DNA from: Azolla caroliniana
Lineage: Eukaryota > Plantae > Polypodiophyta
DNA: 61,534 bases
Direction: 5' to 3'
Assembly (NCBI GenBank): GCA_043228905.1
Contig: JBHGNT010000171.1
Span: 1-61,534, forward strand
This document shows, piece by piece, positions 37,165 through 49,010 of this stretch. The notes under the pieces were generated by a model. It did no database searches and was not told the origin of the DNA. It was given only the letters and a program-made list of their open reading frames with translations. The translations under genes and the position numbers were made by a program. Each line of letters begins with the position of its first letter. Position 1 is the first letter of the stretch.

Positions 37165-39398
37165 CGGGTCATTTGAAACAGGTAATATGTCGCATTTTAA
37201 GAACACTACGTCGAAAAAGGGCACAAAACCATGAAGTTTACAAAAAGACGTGATGCATGCGTAAAGCTTTTCAAAAAATGTGGCAAAATATATTGAATTT
37301 CAACATGACTACCACTTTTAGACATAAGTAAAATGCCTAACAATATACATCGCCAAAATTACAAAAGAATGTACAACATGACTACCAGCTATAATGATAC
37401 ATATTCATGATTTAACATCTGAAAGTAATTTACAAAGTTTCAGATCATGTAGTAAAACGATCCCGAGCTTCAACCAAGTCAACATTTTAAGACATGTCTG
37501 ATGGACTGGAAGAGCATTCTAGCGTCTCATCCTCATCATCAGTGGCAATCAATGCATTATCTTCGTCCAATTCCAAGCCAACATCTTTGTGGTTATGAGA
37601 ATTGCTTCTGGTTAGTCTTTGTATATTGTTTGATACCATATTTGGGATTTTCTCCTTTATTATCTTGATGGTGGCTTGTCTTAGATGGCCTGATTTTGTC
37701 AATGAGAAGTCGTATACTAGTATGTCAACACGGTCTAGTGCGAGAGTAGCTGTGCTCGGTATATTCTTTCTTCTTCTCTTTCTACTTGAACATCCGACAT
37801 CCTTAACCATCTCTAAAGAATACTTTCCCGTAAATGCATCAGGTGAAGATGTCTGATACCAATGGACCACAATTGACTTTGTGTGATTGCCTTCTTCATC
37901 CTTCACTAATTCAATAATTTTTGCAATCCAAAATGGATGGCCCAAGTTATCATCCCCAGCTAATGTTGCGACCAACATTCCAACTTGTAGTTCTTGCAAA
38001 TTACCTTGCCATCCTGCCTCAACAATACGTGACTTTCTTGGTCCCATGTAAATATCTCTTTGCTGTGGTCGAACTAAATTATGAAGCTCTATATTATTCG
38101 ATGGTTGATGATGAGTCAGCGATATCATTGATGGCACCCCAATATTCCATGTGAATGGGTTATGGATTGGCCAAAATCCGGCGATGTAATTATCTAAAAT
38201 GGTGTGTTGATGGGTGAAGAAGATCTCCCACCATTCAACATCCTCATCACCGGCGTACTTCTTGGTGCGATCAATATTCTTTTGTTTCTCTTCAAGACAT
38301 CGCAACCAATATGCCCTTTGTTCATCAATAGAACTATTGGGTGCCACATTTTTATGATCATCATATGGCATTTGATGTGCACCATGCAGTGGTACATCTA
38401 GGATATGAAGTAGGAGCCTACAACCTTCTTGGGGCTCCCATTGTGTACTAGATGAGTATTCTTTTGCAAACAACACCGTCATCTTGAGGTGGGCCGAGGT
38501 TTGTTTTATGAGGAAGACATGGTTGAAACTTATATTATTAAGAGGTGCAAGCACCCTACATTTCGTCCCATCACCATCCATGCAGAAACATTTAAAGTCA
38601 TACACTTCATTCAAGTGATGTACTTCAGGCTTTGGTGTATATGCTTCACTTATCAATTTTGATAGCGTGGTAAGCGTGAAAGCATTACAACGAGCTAGTT
38701 TCTTTGAGAACCTACTAAACATTTGATCTATGTGATCATGGGTATGACCAACTAATAAGAAGTTGACCTTTATCTTTTTAAATATGCCCCTCTCTACTAG
38801 CATGCTTAGATAACCAAAGACAGTTGAGTTTTTATTCTCTCTTGTTCTGTTGTCTAGTTGCACGTATAGAACTGGCGGTACTATGCCTGACCATGATTGC
38901 AATACTCTGTGCATGACGGTGACAGTGAAATTAGGGTCGTTGTGGATATTAGGATAAGTTAAGAATACTTGTGGCCTTATTGTTTGACAATATGTCAAAC
39001 GCCCTACTAGATGCATTTGCACGAGGCACTCATCTGCAATATCTTTTGGGAGTCGTTGGAAATACGGCAGACAAGTCTTCTTTTGATCCATGCCACATTA
39101 ACATTTAGGGTTTATGTAGTTTTACTCTACAATTTGAATATGGATACCAAATAAAGATGTTTAATATTCAACCTAGTATTCATTTGTACTCCAGGATATA
39201 CAAATTGACACGAAAACAAGACGTATACAATTCACCAAATGCTTGGATTTTATTTGGTTCTATATTTCACCATCCATTCGCAAAATAGGTACGCATGCAT
39301 TGTACATTTTCGAAATCATGCTAAATTAGGGTACTTTTCTGCATCTCACCAACTATGGCAAAAGAGAATACGACATATTACCCTTTTCAAATGACCCG
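37165..39398 (-). mobile_element. TIR DNA transposon, Sola1-like, internally deleted
   Basis: TIRs CGGGTCATTTGAAACAGGTAATATGTCG (37165-37192) and CGACATATTACCCTTTTCAAATGACCCG (39371-39398), 26 of 28 matching. No TSD seen. Confidence 0.85.
37487..39091 (-). CDS. Sola1-like (DUF7869-type) transposase lacking its N-terminal part
   Basis: (G)MDQKKTCLP, LYVQLDNRTRENKN, FLLVGHTHDHIDQMFS; 534 codons open. Confidence 0.75.
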   Translation of the reverse strand: MDQKKTCLPYFQRLPKDIADECLVQMHLVGRLTYCQTIRPQVFLTYPNIHNDPNFTVTVMHRVLQSWSGIVPPVLYVQLDNRTRENKNSTVFGYLSMLVERGIFKKIKVNFLLVGHTHDHIDQMFSRFSKKLARCNAFTLTTLSKLISEAYTPKPEVHHLNEVYDFKCFCMDGDGTKCRVLAPLNNISFNHVFLIKQTSAHLKMTVLFAKEYSSSTQWEPQEGCRLLLHILDVPLHGAHQMPYDDHKNVAPNSSIDEQRAYWLRCLEEKQKNIDRTKKYAGDEDVEWWEIFFTHQHTILDNYIAGFWPIHNPFTWNIGVPSMISLTHHQPSNNIELHNLVRPQQRDIYMGPRKSRIVEAGWQGNLQELQVGMLVATLAGDDNLGHPFWIAKIIELVKDEEGNHTKSIVVHWYQTSSPDAFTGKYSLEMVKDVGCSSRKRRRKNIPSTATLALDRVDILVYDFSLTKSGHLRQATIKIIKEKIPNMVSNNIQRLTRSNSHNHKDVGLELDEDNALIATDDEDETLECSSSPSDMS

Positions 39399-40126
39399 GT
39401 GTTTGTACATGATCCAACCACCCGGTTTTGAATCGCGTAGTCATCCGAACGACATGCGCCTACTCAAGAAGCCTCTCTATGGCCTCAAACAAGCACCACG
39501 TGTGTCACACTCGAAGATCACGCAATATCTTCATTAGATCAGATTTCGAATGTCAAAATCTGATACTTCTGTGTACATCTGAAACGAGTCGGATAGCCCG
39601 ATTGTCATCATCCTTTACGTGGATGATTTGGTCATCAGAGGAAAGGATCTAAATCACTTCTCTCTGGCAAATTCAAAATGAAAGACCTGCACGAGCTACA
39701 TTGTTACCGGCCGGCAAGGAGTCCAAAATACGGAGTGAAGGAATTAATTAAGTGTGGTTGTAAATAGGAATAGTGTGGACGGACGGACTAGAAACGGTAT
39801 GCCGTTCCAGATCCGGACGGATCCCGAATAGGTGCGATGGGCACCGTTTTGTACTACGGGCCGGAAACCTATTTAAAGTCCCGGACCCCATTGTAATCGC
39901 AGCGGATAATTAATAGAGCATATGGTGGTTATACTTCTGTGTTGATTTCCGTTCTGTAATCACTGTTATATCTTACGCGTGTAATTAACCAAAGCACTCT
40001 AATCGTGTAACCTACGTAAGTCGGTGTAATCGTTGAATCTTAATCCTATGCCGTAATCACCCTTTGGTGAAGTGTCTCCGTGACACCTTGTGTTAGGCCT
40101 TGTCCGGTCAGAGAATAACACAGTTT

Positions 40127-40136
40127 TGGCGACCAC
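40127..40136 (+). promoter_or_regulatory. Primer-binding site TGGCGACCAC of gypsy-2
   Basis: 6 nt after the LTR end, identical to the gypsy-1 PBS. Confidence 0.8.
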
Positions 40137-40171
40137 GATTCCTGCTTTCTCGCAGCGAACGACGGTAATGG

Positions 40172-43100
40172 ATGACTAGACCAACGCACGACCTGGTTAC
40201 AGACCGAGCTCGACGCCTCGCCGAACGGCAAAGACGGCGTGAGACTTTCCAGCAAGCAGCGCACGAAATTCGCTCGGATCGTTCGTTCTCCAACGAGATC
40301 CGGAGAGTCGCGGAGGAATCTCTTCGGTTACAGCAAACTCGCGACCAGGGCGACGGAAGCAGTCTAAGTAGTCTCCGGGAAACCGAACGTCTCCTGGAGG
40401 CGCTGGCAAGCGGAGAAAACGAGGCAGAAGCCTTTTCAGCCTACGAATCGGATTCCGAAGGGGGATACAGCGTGCACACGAACTACCGGAGCAGCAACGA
40501 TACCCCCGGCGGCCCGGAGGACGACGGGTCAGATACCGTGCCGACTCCAGAACCGGAACCGCAAACGGAAGCCGTCAACCCACCAACACCGGAAGTGGAA
40601 GTAGCAAAGCCACCGACACCAACGAAAGAGCCGGCAAAACAACCGGAAGTGGAACCGGAGAGGAAACCGGAAAGATATCAACAAACGCCACTAAACCGCG
40701 GCCTAATACTGGACGACGACATGCCGTTCCAATACTCAAAGTATCGCGATGATCCGGACGCGGAAGCGCATGTTCATGCCTTTGAGCAGACATGGGAAGC
40801 AAATCACACATCCCAGCGAATGACACCGGAGGAAGAAGAACGCTCGAAGATAGCGGAATTCGGGGTCACGTTGGAAGGACCAGCGACACGATGGCGGCGG
40901 ACGCAGGACCCGGCGACCATCACAACCTTTGCAGAATTAAAAGCAAAATTCTTGCATTTTTTCCACAAGGAGGTTGACTAGACGACAATGGTGGGCCTGT
41001 TTTATACGATCCGACAGGAGGCAGGGGAAAGCATTCCCCAATTCGTCATCCGTTTCCAACGAATGCATAGCCAGCTTACCCGTGCACCCCCGGAGGAGGA
41101 ATTACGGACGATATTTTTAAACGCACTCCGGGAACCGTTACGCACGGTGTGTACGGTAATCGACTTTCGAGGAAGCACCATTGACCAGGTCATTGACCGG
41201 GTCAGAGAAATGGAAAAGTCAAGCTCATGGCTTACACTGGGAACACTGCAACGGGCGTTACCCACCGAGGAAGATCTCCGGTTCCGGCAGGCAATTCAAT
41301 GCACAATCTGCTTGAATGCCGGACACTCGGCAGTGGAGTGCACCATGCGAACCCAGTGTGTGATTTGTCAATCCAAGAGTCATACAACGGACCGGTGCGA
41401 GTATAACCTGTTAAACCGACAAGCACCACCCGTCCGACGGATCGAGCCAAGAAGCAGCCGAGACGAAGATGACGATCGTTGGCAAAGAATGAACCGGTAC
41501 CAACCGGCACAGGATGTCCGGTACGGAGATAGACAAGAGAATGATGGCCGGTACGGGAATCGGCGTGATAACTACGACCGGTATGAGCGATCGGACCGTT
41601 ATCGGGAGTCCAACAGACGACACGAGCAATACGACAGAGACCATTCCCCTGGTTACCGAAGGCACCAGGAGGACTACGGCCGATTTTACGATCCACCACG
41701 ACCGGACTACCGAAATAAAAATAAGAATAATAAGAAACGTAATTTCAAGAAAGGTGGTCACCCTAGGGACCCGGAACAGGGAACCCCAAGAAGCCAACCG
41801 GCACAGAACGCACCACTCACTACGGGACCGACTCCGGCTACCAGCAATGCTGAATCCAGCAATACCCGTAAAGAGTACTGCTACTACTGCAGGCAGGAAG
41901 GCCACTACAGTAACCAGTGCCCGGTAAAGAGCTACGAGAAACGACCAGCAGTTAATATGGTGGTTCCGGAAGTGGCGGATATACAGCAAGTCACCACACG
42001 GTCGAAAGGCATGGCCAAAGAGTGGGAAACACAAGAGGCCATACGAAAACAGGCGACGGAATGGGTAAAGGAAGCCAATGAAAGGAACGTCGCGGACGCG
42101 GAACGGCAAAAGGCGAATACCATAGGGAGTGCCGGCGCTGGCCACGCAGAAAACGAGACATGGCAAGCACTGCAAGAATGTCAGATCACGTTGCCATTAG
42201 GAAGACTCTTGCAGCTCGTGCCGCGATTTACGGAAGGACTAAAAACGGTCATGACAGACGGTATAGCCCCACCAACACCAGTCCTCTTCTCGAATCCGGA
42301 GGAGGGACCGACGGTGGTGGACACTAGTAGTCCGGTGATTACAACTATTGTCAAAGGGCACGAACTTCCCGGCACCGTAATCGATGGAGGTTTCGGGGTG
42401 AACGTAATAAGCCTTCGCACGTGTGATGCCTTGGGTATACATGAATGGGAGCCATGTCCGTTCTGGCTACGGATGGCGGATACGAGCTCTGTATGGCCGA
42501 CGGGCTTAATACGGAAATTGGAAGTCACCATAGGAGGTCACACATTTCACATCTCGGCTGTAGTGCTGCAGCTACAGGCGCAAGGCGCGTACCCACTGTT
42601 GCTGGGCAGACCATGGTTGAAAACAGCACACATCAAGCAAAATTGGCGGAAAAATATGATTACCTTCCGGCGCGGAAAAGCCAAGGTCCGGGTACCGACA
42701 CAACCACGGACGAGCAACGGTAAGGAATGCACACCGCTGTATGCGGAATGCGTGAACATGCTTGAAGGGTTGGCAGACGACGAAGAAGCCCAGTACTTGG
42801 AGGAACACCCGAAGATCGTACCACTCTTCGAGATTGACGTGGCTGAAGCCGTAGCGCCATACTTGCCGCAGCGGGACGAAACCGAAGCCGAACCAGACAA
42901 AGATGCGATTCGGGAATTACGGCAAGCACAGGAAGCGTTGGAACGGGAAATGGCCGTTTCCCAACGGGTAAAAACATCCCAGCTCGACGAAGTGAACCTA
43001 GGAAGCAAGGACGAATCAAAGCCGGTTCACATCGCCAAAGAAATGAAGCCGGAAGATAAAGCGGCGATGATCAAACTTCTCACGGAGTTTCGCGACGTAT

Positions 43101-45946
43101 TCGCCTGGTCATACGAGGACATGCGAGGGCTGGACCCTCAATTATATCAGCATCAGATCCACTTAGGCAAGGACGCGAAACCAGTGGCGCAACGACGTTA
43201 CCGAATGAACCCCAACTACGCCGCCAAAGTGAAGGAGGAAATCGACAAACTCCTAGGAGTGGGCTTCATCCGGCCGGTAAAGAAAGCGACGTGGCTGAGC
43301 CCCATCGTCGTCGTCCCAAAGAAGAACGGTAAAATCCGCGTGTGTGTAGATTACAGGAAACTAAATGCAGCCACAATTACGGATGCATTCCCTCTTCCGT
43401 TCACGGATGGAGTACTGGATGCCGTCGCCGGCCATGAAGTTTATAGCTTTCTAGACGGGTTCAGCGGTTACAATCAAATCCGGATGCACCCGGACGACCA
43501 GGAGAAGACAGCGTTCGTCACCGAATGGGGGGTGTTTGTGGCCGAAGTAATGATGTTCGGCCTAAAAACGGCACCAGCAACTTTCCAGCGAATCATCATG
43601 GAGATCTTCGGCGAATACATTCCTGCCTTCATGCAGGTTTTCCTGGATGATTTTGCAGTCTATAGCCGGGGAAAAGACCATTTGCAGCACCTACGGTTAT
43701 GCCTTGAAAAGTGTAGGTTATACCGGCTAAGCTTAAACCCAGCAAAATGCATCTTTGGGGTTTCAAGTGGAATCTTACTGGGACACATTGTAAGTAAGGA
43801 GGGCATTGCGGTCGACCCGGACAAAGTAAACGCGATATTAGGGGCACCGGCGCCAAAAACGGCCAAAGCACTAAGCCGATTCTTAGGACAGATCCGGTGG
43901 CACAGCCGGATGCTCCGTCACTTGGCTGACTTGGCTACACCATTACACACCGCGGTACATCGGACACCGTTCCAATGGACGGATACGGAGGATAAGGCAT
44001 ACAATGCCCTGAAGGTACTTTTATCGCAAGCACCCGTCGTGCAGCCTCCGGATTGGAGCAAGGAATTTCATGTGTTCGTTGACGCTTCCGACATCGCTAT
44101 CGGCAGCGCCTTAATGCAACTTACGGAGCCCAAATGGTACCGGCCGGTATATTACGCCAGCCGGAAGCTGTCCCAAGCGGAGAAGAACTATTCGACGACG
44201 GAACGGGAGGCCCTGGGCATGATTTACAGTGTCACAAAGTTTCGACATTACCTATTGGGAAGGAAGTTCTCCTTTCATGTGGATCACTCGGCGCTCCTGT
44301 ACTTAGTGTCCAAGGCGTCCTTGACCGGTAAGTTGGCCCGTTGGACCTTGCTGTTGCAGGAGTTCGAATTCGAGATTTTCCACCGGCTGGGTATCCAGCA
44401 TGCCGTAGCAGACTACCTGAGCCGCTTAGAGTCCGGAGAATCAGGCGACGGAGTAGCGGATGAATTCCCGGACGCAGAGTTATTCCGTATCACCCCGGAA
44501 ACGGCAGCGGACGACACGGTGGCATCAGAAGATATGTGGCTGACAAACATGCACCAGTTCCTAAGCACGGGCCTGCCACCGGAGGAAATGAACCGGGACG
44601 AGAGGAAACGACTGGCGGTGCAGAGCCGCAATTTCTGTCTGTTACGGGACACTCTCTACCACAAAGGAGCAGATGGAATATGGAGACGGGCAGTCCGTAG
44701 TGACGAGAAACAAGTAATCTTACGGGAAGCACACTGTGGGGTTGCCGGAGGACACTATGCCGGGGAAGCGACGGCAAGGAAAGTATGGCAGAGCGGCTTA
44801 TGGTGGCCCACGACGTTAAAAGACGCCGTCAAGTACGCTAAGGAATGTGACCTATGCCAACGAATGGGCCAGCCTACGGAGCAAGCACGGATGCCACACC
44901 AACCGGTACTTCCACTAGAGCCATTCCAGAAGTGGGGGTTGGATTTTTTCGGACCGTTCAAGCCACCGGCAATGAGAACGGGTAATCGTTATGTCATCGT
45001 GGCAACAGATTATTGCACTAAATGGGTGGAGGCTAAGGCCTTGAGAGACAATACCGCGTCATCCACAGCAAAATTCCTGTACGAGAACATTTGGTGCCGA
45101 TATGGATGTCCGATTGAATTAATCAGCGACCAAGGAGGGCACTTCCTCGGCCAGGTAGTGGAAAGCTTAACAACGTTCTATGCCGTGGTCCATAAACGGA
45201 GCACACCGTACTACCCACAAGCGAACGGGTTAGCAGAGTCCACCAACAAAACGCTGCAGAACATTCTCCGCAAAATCGTCAATGAAAACCGGACGGACTG
45301 GGATACAAAGCTCCATAGCGCGCTATGGGCGTACCGAACGGCATACAAAACAAGTATCCGGACAACGCCGTTCCGGTTAGCGTTCGGCTTAGAGGCGGTC
45401 ATGCCGGTGGAATTTCAGGTACCAAGCTTACGGATCCAACTACGGGAACGGCTGAATGAAAAGGAGTCGGAGGAAATGCGGCTAGTAGCACTATGCGAAC
45501 TGGAGGAGCAACGGCTGGCTAGCATCCTACACATGGAACTGGAGCAACGACGACGGAAAGCGTTCGTTGACCGTCACCGGAAAGGTAATGAAAAGATGTT
45601 CGAAATCGGAAAGCCGGTGCTAGTATTCCAAACGAGGATGGGCAAGATGCCGGGTAAACTCCGGTTCAGATGGACAGGCCCGTATTGGCTGACACGGGAA
45701 TACAACGGGTCCTACCAGTTAGGGACACTTGCCGGTGAAGTACTAGGCAAGTGGGTCAACGGATTTAGATTAAAGCCCTATAAAGGACCGATGCCAAAGA
45801 ACCCGTTTATGCAGACCACCGGCACTATACCAGGAACGGTACGGATGGAAGAAAAAGACGACGGGGAACCCGTAGCAGAGGCGAACGAAGACACGGCAAC
45901 CCGTAAGGAAAACGGTAAGGGTCCGAAGGGACCTACGGATGTGTAA
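40172..45946 (+). pseudogene. gag-pol of gypsy-2, single frame with one TAG at 40979-40981
   Basis: 269-aa and 1652-aa ORFs in frame. Three CCHC knuckles, VIDGGFG protease, FLDD RT, RH, complete INT. Confidence 0.95.
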
Positions 45947-45960
45947 GGTCACATACCGTC

Positions 45961-46001
<41 letters not shown>

Positions 46002-46324
46002 TAAAAATCGAGGTGTGAACGGACGTGAAAGCAAGGAGCGAAAAGGTACGTAGTGGGCATTTAAGAGCCGCCACGTTACTTAATACTAAATCGGTACACG
46101 ACGTGCACATGCTCGAAAAAGGCGCCAAGACGCATAGAGAAAAAGAAGAGCGCATGGAGACCTTCTTTTTTCGCGAGCCAAGAAGCACAGAAGCACCAAG
46201 GCAGTGGAAGCTTAGCAAACGCGAACCTGCACTCAGAGAACCCCCGCGTTCAGAACGCTCTCTCTCTCGCTCTCACTCTCTTCACCACTCTACCTCGCCA
46301 TCCTTCCTCGACCTCGAAGCAGAC

Positions 46325-48958
46325 ATGGAACCACAAACGCTGACGGAAGCGGCCAGGAAATGGTTCAGGCAACACGGACTGGATGGGTTCTTGACCATCA
46401 TGGAGGCACCACCGCACAGAGAAGCCGACCGGGTCATCAAGGAGCTCGCCACAGAGGTAATCACCGAGGAAGCGATCCGTGCGCTAACAGGCCTTCCGGA
46501 GGGAGGTATCTTTCAGATCGATAACCCAACCTCGGAGCAACTCATCCGATATTTCGGTGAGTACTCTGTTGCCGGCAAAGGCTATCGAACGCAGGGCGGC
46601 GAAGATCCGCTATTCAGGGAGATAGCTCGAGTGCTCCATGAGTACGGCCACGTGTACCCCTGACCCCCTGTCATGCCAAAAAATTGGGCAGGGATGATCA
46701 TAGCCACCTATGAAGGGATCAAGGTGGATTGGCCGGTGTTGATTGCAGACGGGTTGTGCGCGGCAATCGACATGGTACGAGGAAAGGACGGCAAGGAGGG
46801 CCGGAAGCTGTGGCATGCCGTAGCTCAGTGGATAACATTGCTAGTGCCGCCGGTCGAGACCGTCCAGCCAAAGAAGCGGCCAAGATTATCGGAAGGAAGC
46901 ACCTCGAAACCCGCGTCTAAACGACAGCAGCTGCTGGCGTCGAAGGCGACGAAAGGGAAGAAACGGGTCCCAGAACCGGAGGAGGTGTCACCGGTCCGAC
47001 CCGTTAAGATAACCATACGGCGACCGGGACAGAAGGAACCGGAACCCTTGACGGCACAGAAACATGCCGTTACCCAGGAAGAGGAAACGGAGGAGGCAGA
47101 AGAGCACCTCCAACGACGGTCAAGAAGTAGGACCGCCGGGGAGCGTTTGTACCCGCAAGAGGAAGAAACGACGCCCCCAACTCAACCTGAGCAAACCACA
47201 AGGGAGGAACCGGAACCGGTGCGTAAGGAACCGGCCTTGTCGACTTCTATAGAAGAAGTCATTCCAACGGCTCCGGAGACGGCGAGAACCGGAACTCAAC
47301 AGCCGGCGAGCCCAGCCAACACACACGGCGGCCAAGGAGTTGGACCAGTACAGCAGCAAGGCACCAGTAGCATGTGGCTACGGTGGGTTGGCGAGCAAAT
47401 CGCCGGAGTGGTCGAGTACATAGAGGCGGAGGAGAGAGCGCACCACGAACGGTTGCTCGTCACAACCGTAGATCTAGAGACGGCCCGGTCCAGGATCCGG
47501 AGCCTTGAACAAGACTTGGACAGGGTCACAAGGGAAATGGCTCAATTGGCTTTGAGAACACAAGTCCAAGCACCGGTGACTCCGGGCAATGTACAGAATA
47601 AAGCGTCGAATCAACCTATACATAGCAATCAGACCCCGCCAACGGATACCGTTCTGGAGAGAAATGCGGCACAAGCCCAAGAGTTTGCGGACTTAAAGGA
47701 TGAGCTAGCTGCCCAAGAAGCGCTGAGGAGCCGCGAAAGAGAGTTGAAGACGGCAGCGGAGGCAGAACTCAAAAAGACTGCTGAGAATCTACGCCGGGCC
47801 GAGGAGAGCTTACGGAAAGGCCACCAAGCGTACGACCGGCTCAAGGAGGAGAAGGAGAAAATGCTGCAAGAGAAGGACAGGCTCCGGAGGAACGCCGAAA
47901 CAGAAGTAGAGCGCCTGAAAGAGGAACTCCGGCAGCTAAAGGACCGGGAGGACCGGAACCATCGCCAGATCAACGGCAAGCTCAAACAAAAAACAGATGA
48001 ATTTGAGAACTTGCACCGGGAGTATAAACGGTTGCAAACGAAGCACAAGGAACGGACAGATGACCTCCGGCAAGCAGTTGATCGGACCGCAACAGCATAC
48101 GCTAAGGAACAAGCGGAAACCAGAAGACGGTTGGAAGAGGCGGAGAAGGTTCGGACAGAGCTCCTTAGGCAACAGCAGGCGGAAAAAGAAAGAGCGGCGG
48201 AGGTACTGCAGAGGCTGCAGACAACATATCAAGGGCAGCTGACGCGCTACAGAGAGTAGGCGGAGGATACGGCGAATCTCATCAAGCAGTTGAAGGAGGA
48301 GCGACAAGTGGTGGAAAGTAGAGCGCAAATGGGAGCAAGTCGCATCCAAGATATCATGCGGGCCTGGTTGAACCAGACCAAGAGCTTGATTGACAACGGT
48401 TCCGTCAAATGGTGGACCAAGTGGGCCACGAACGCGGCGGAACTCCAATTGCTCCGGGCCGACGTAGAGAACCGGCGGAAGGAGGGAGATGATTGCTATA
48501 TGCTGACTTCCGAAGACTTCACCGGCATAAGAGATGAGCTGGCCGAGGACTTTCAAGCCTTGGCAGACGACCAACTAGGGCAAGTCCGGCAACTTGTAGC
48601 TCAGCTGGACGACGACAGGCTGGAGGCGCAGATCCAGTTTGAAAGCTACAAGAGGTCCCGGATCCGGGAAGAGAAAGCACGAGAACCGGTTACGGTCAAC
48701 CTCAGTGATGAGGAACCGTTACTGGAAGGAGACCGGACCGGAAGCAGTCAAACGGAGATGCCGGAGTCAGAGAGACAAACGGAGCAACCGGAGTCAGAGA
48801 AACAAACGGAGCAGCAGCAGCAAGCAGAGCAGCCAGAGCAGCCTCAGGCCCAACCGCAACCACAGCAGCAGCAGCAAGCACAGCCGCAACAACCACAACC
48901 GGAAGAACAAGTGGAAGTTCTGGAACAAAGTATTTTGGACAATTTGGGTGAACAATGA
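46325..48958 (+). pseudogene. Extra sense ORF of gypsy-2 (about 877 codons, two stops), coiled-coil protein
   Basis: Three same-frame segments homologous to 6533-9481 (YFGEYS...YRTQGGE, YEG.xVDW, LEQSILD). Confidence 0.85.
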
Positions 48959-48968
48959 AGGGGCCGAG

Positions 48969-49010
48969 AAGGGTTCGACGTACAAGGTATTGTCCCACGG
49001 GCGTGCCATG
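48969..49010 (-). promoter_or_regulatory. Inverted PBS-like site at the PPT position of gypsy-2
   Basis: Plus strand AAGGGTTCGA-CGTACAAGGTATT-GTCCCACGGGCGTGCCA-TG then LTR. Confidence 0.75.

Noticed and set aside
40979-40981. Programmed read-through stop in gag
   Set aside because: Gypsy-1 has Gln at this position, so a C-to-T decay mutation is the simpler explanation. The same holds for the extra-ORF stops, which differ between copies.
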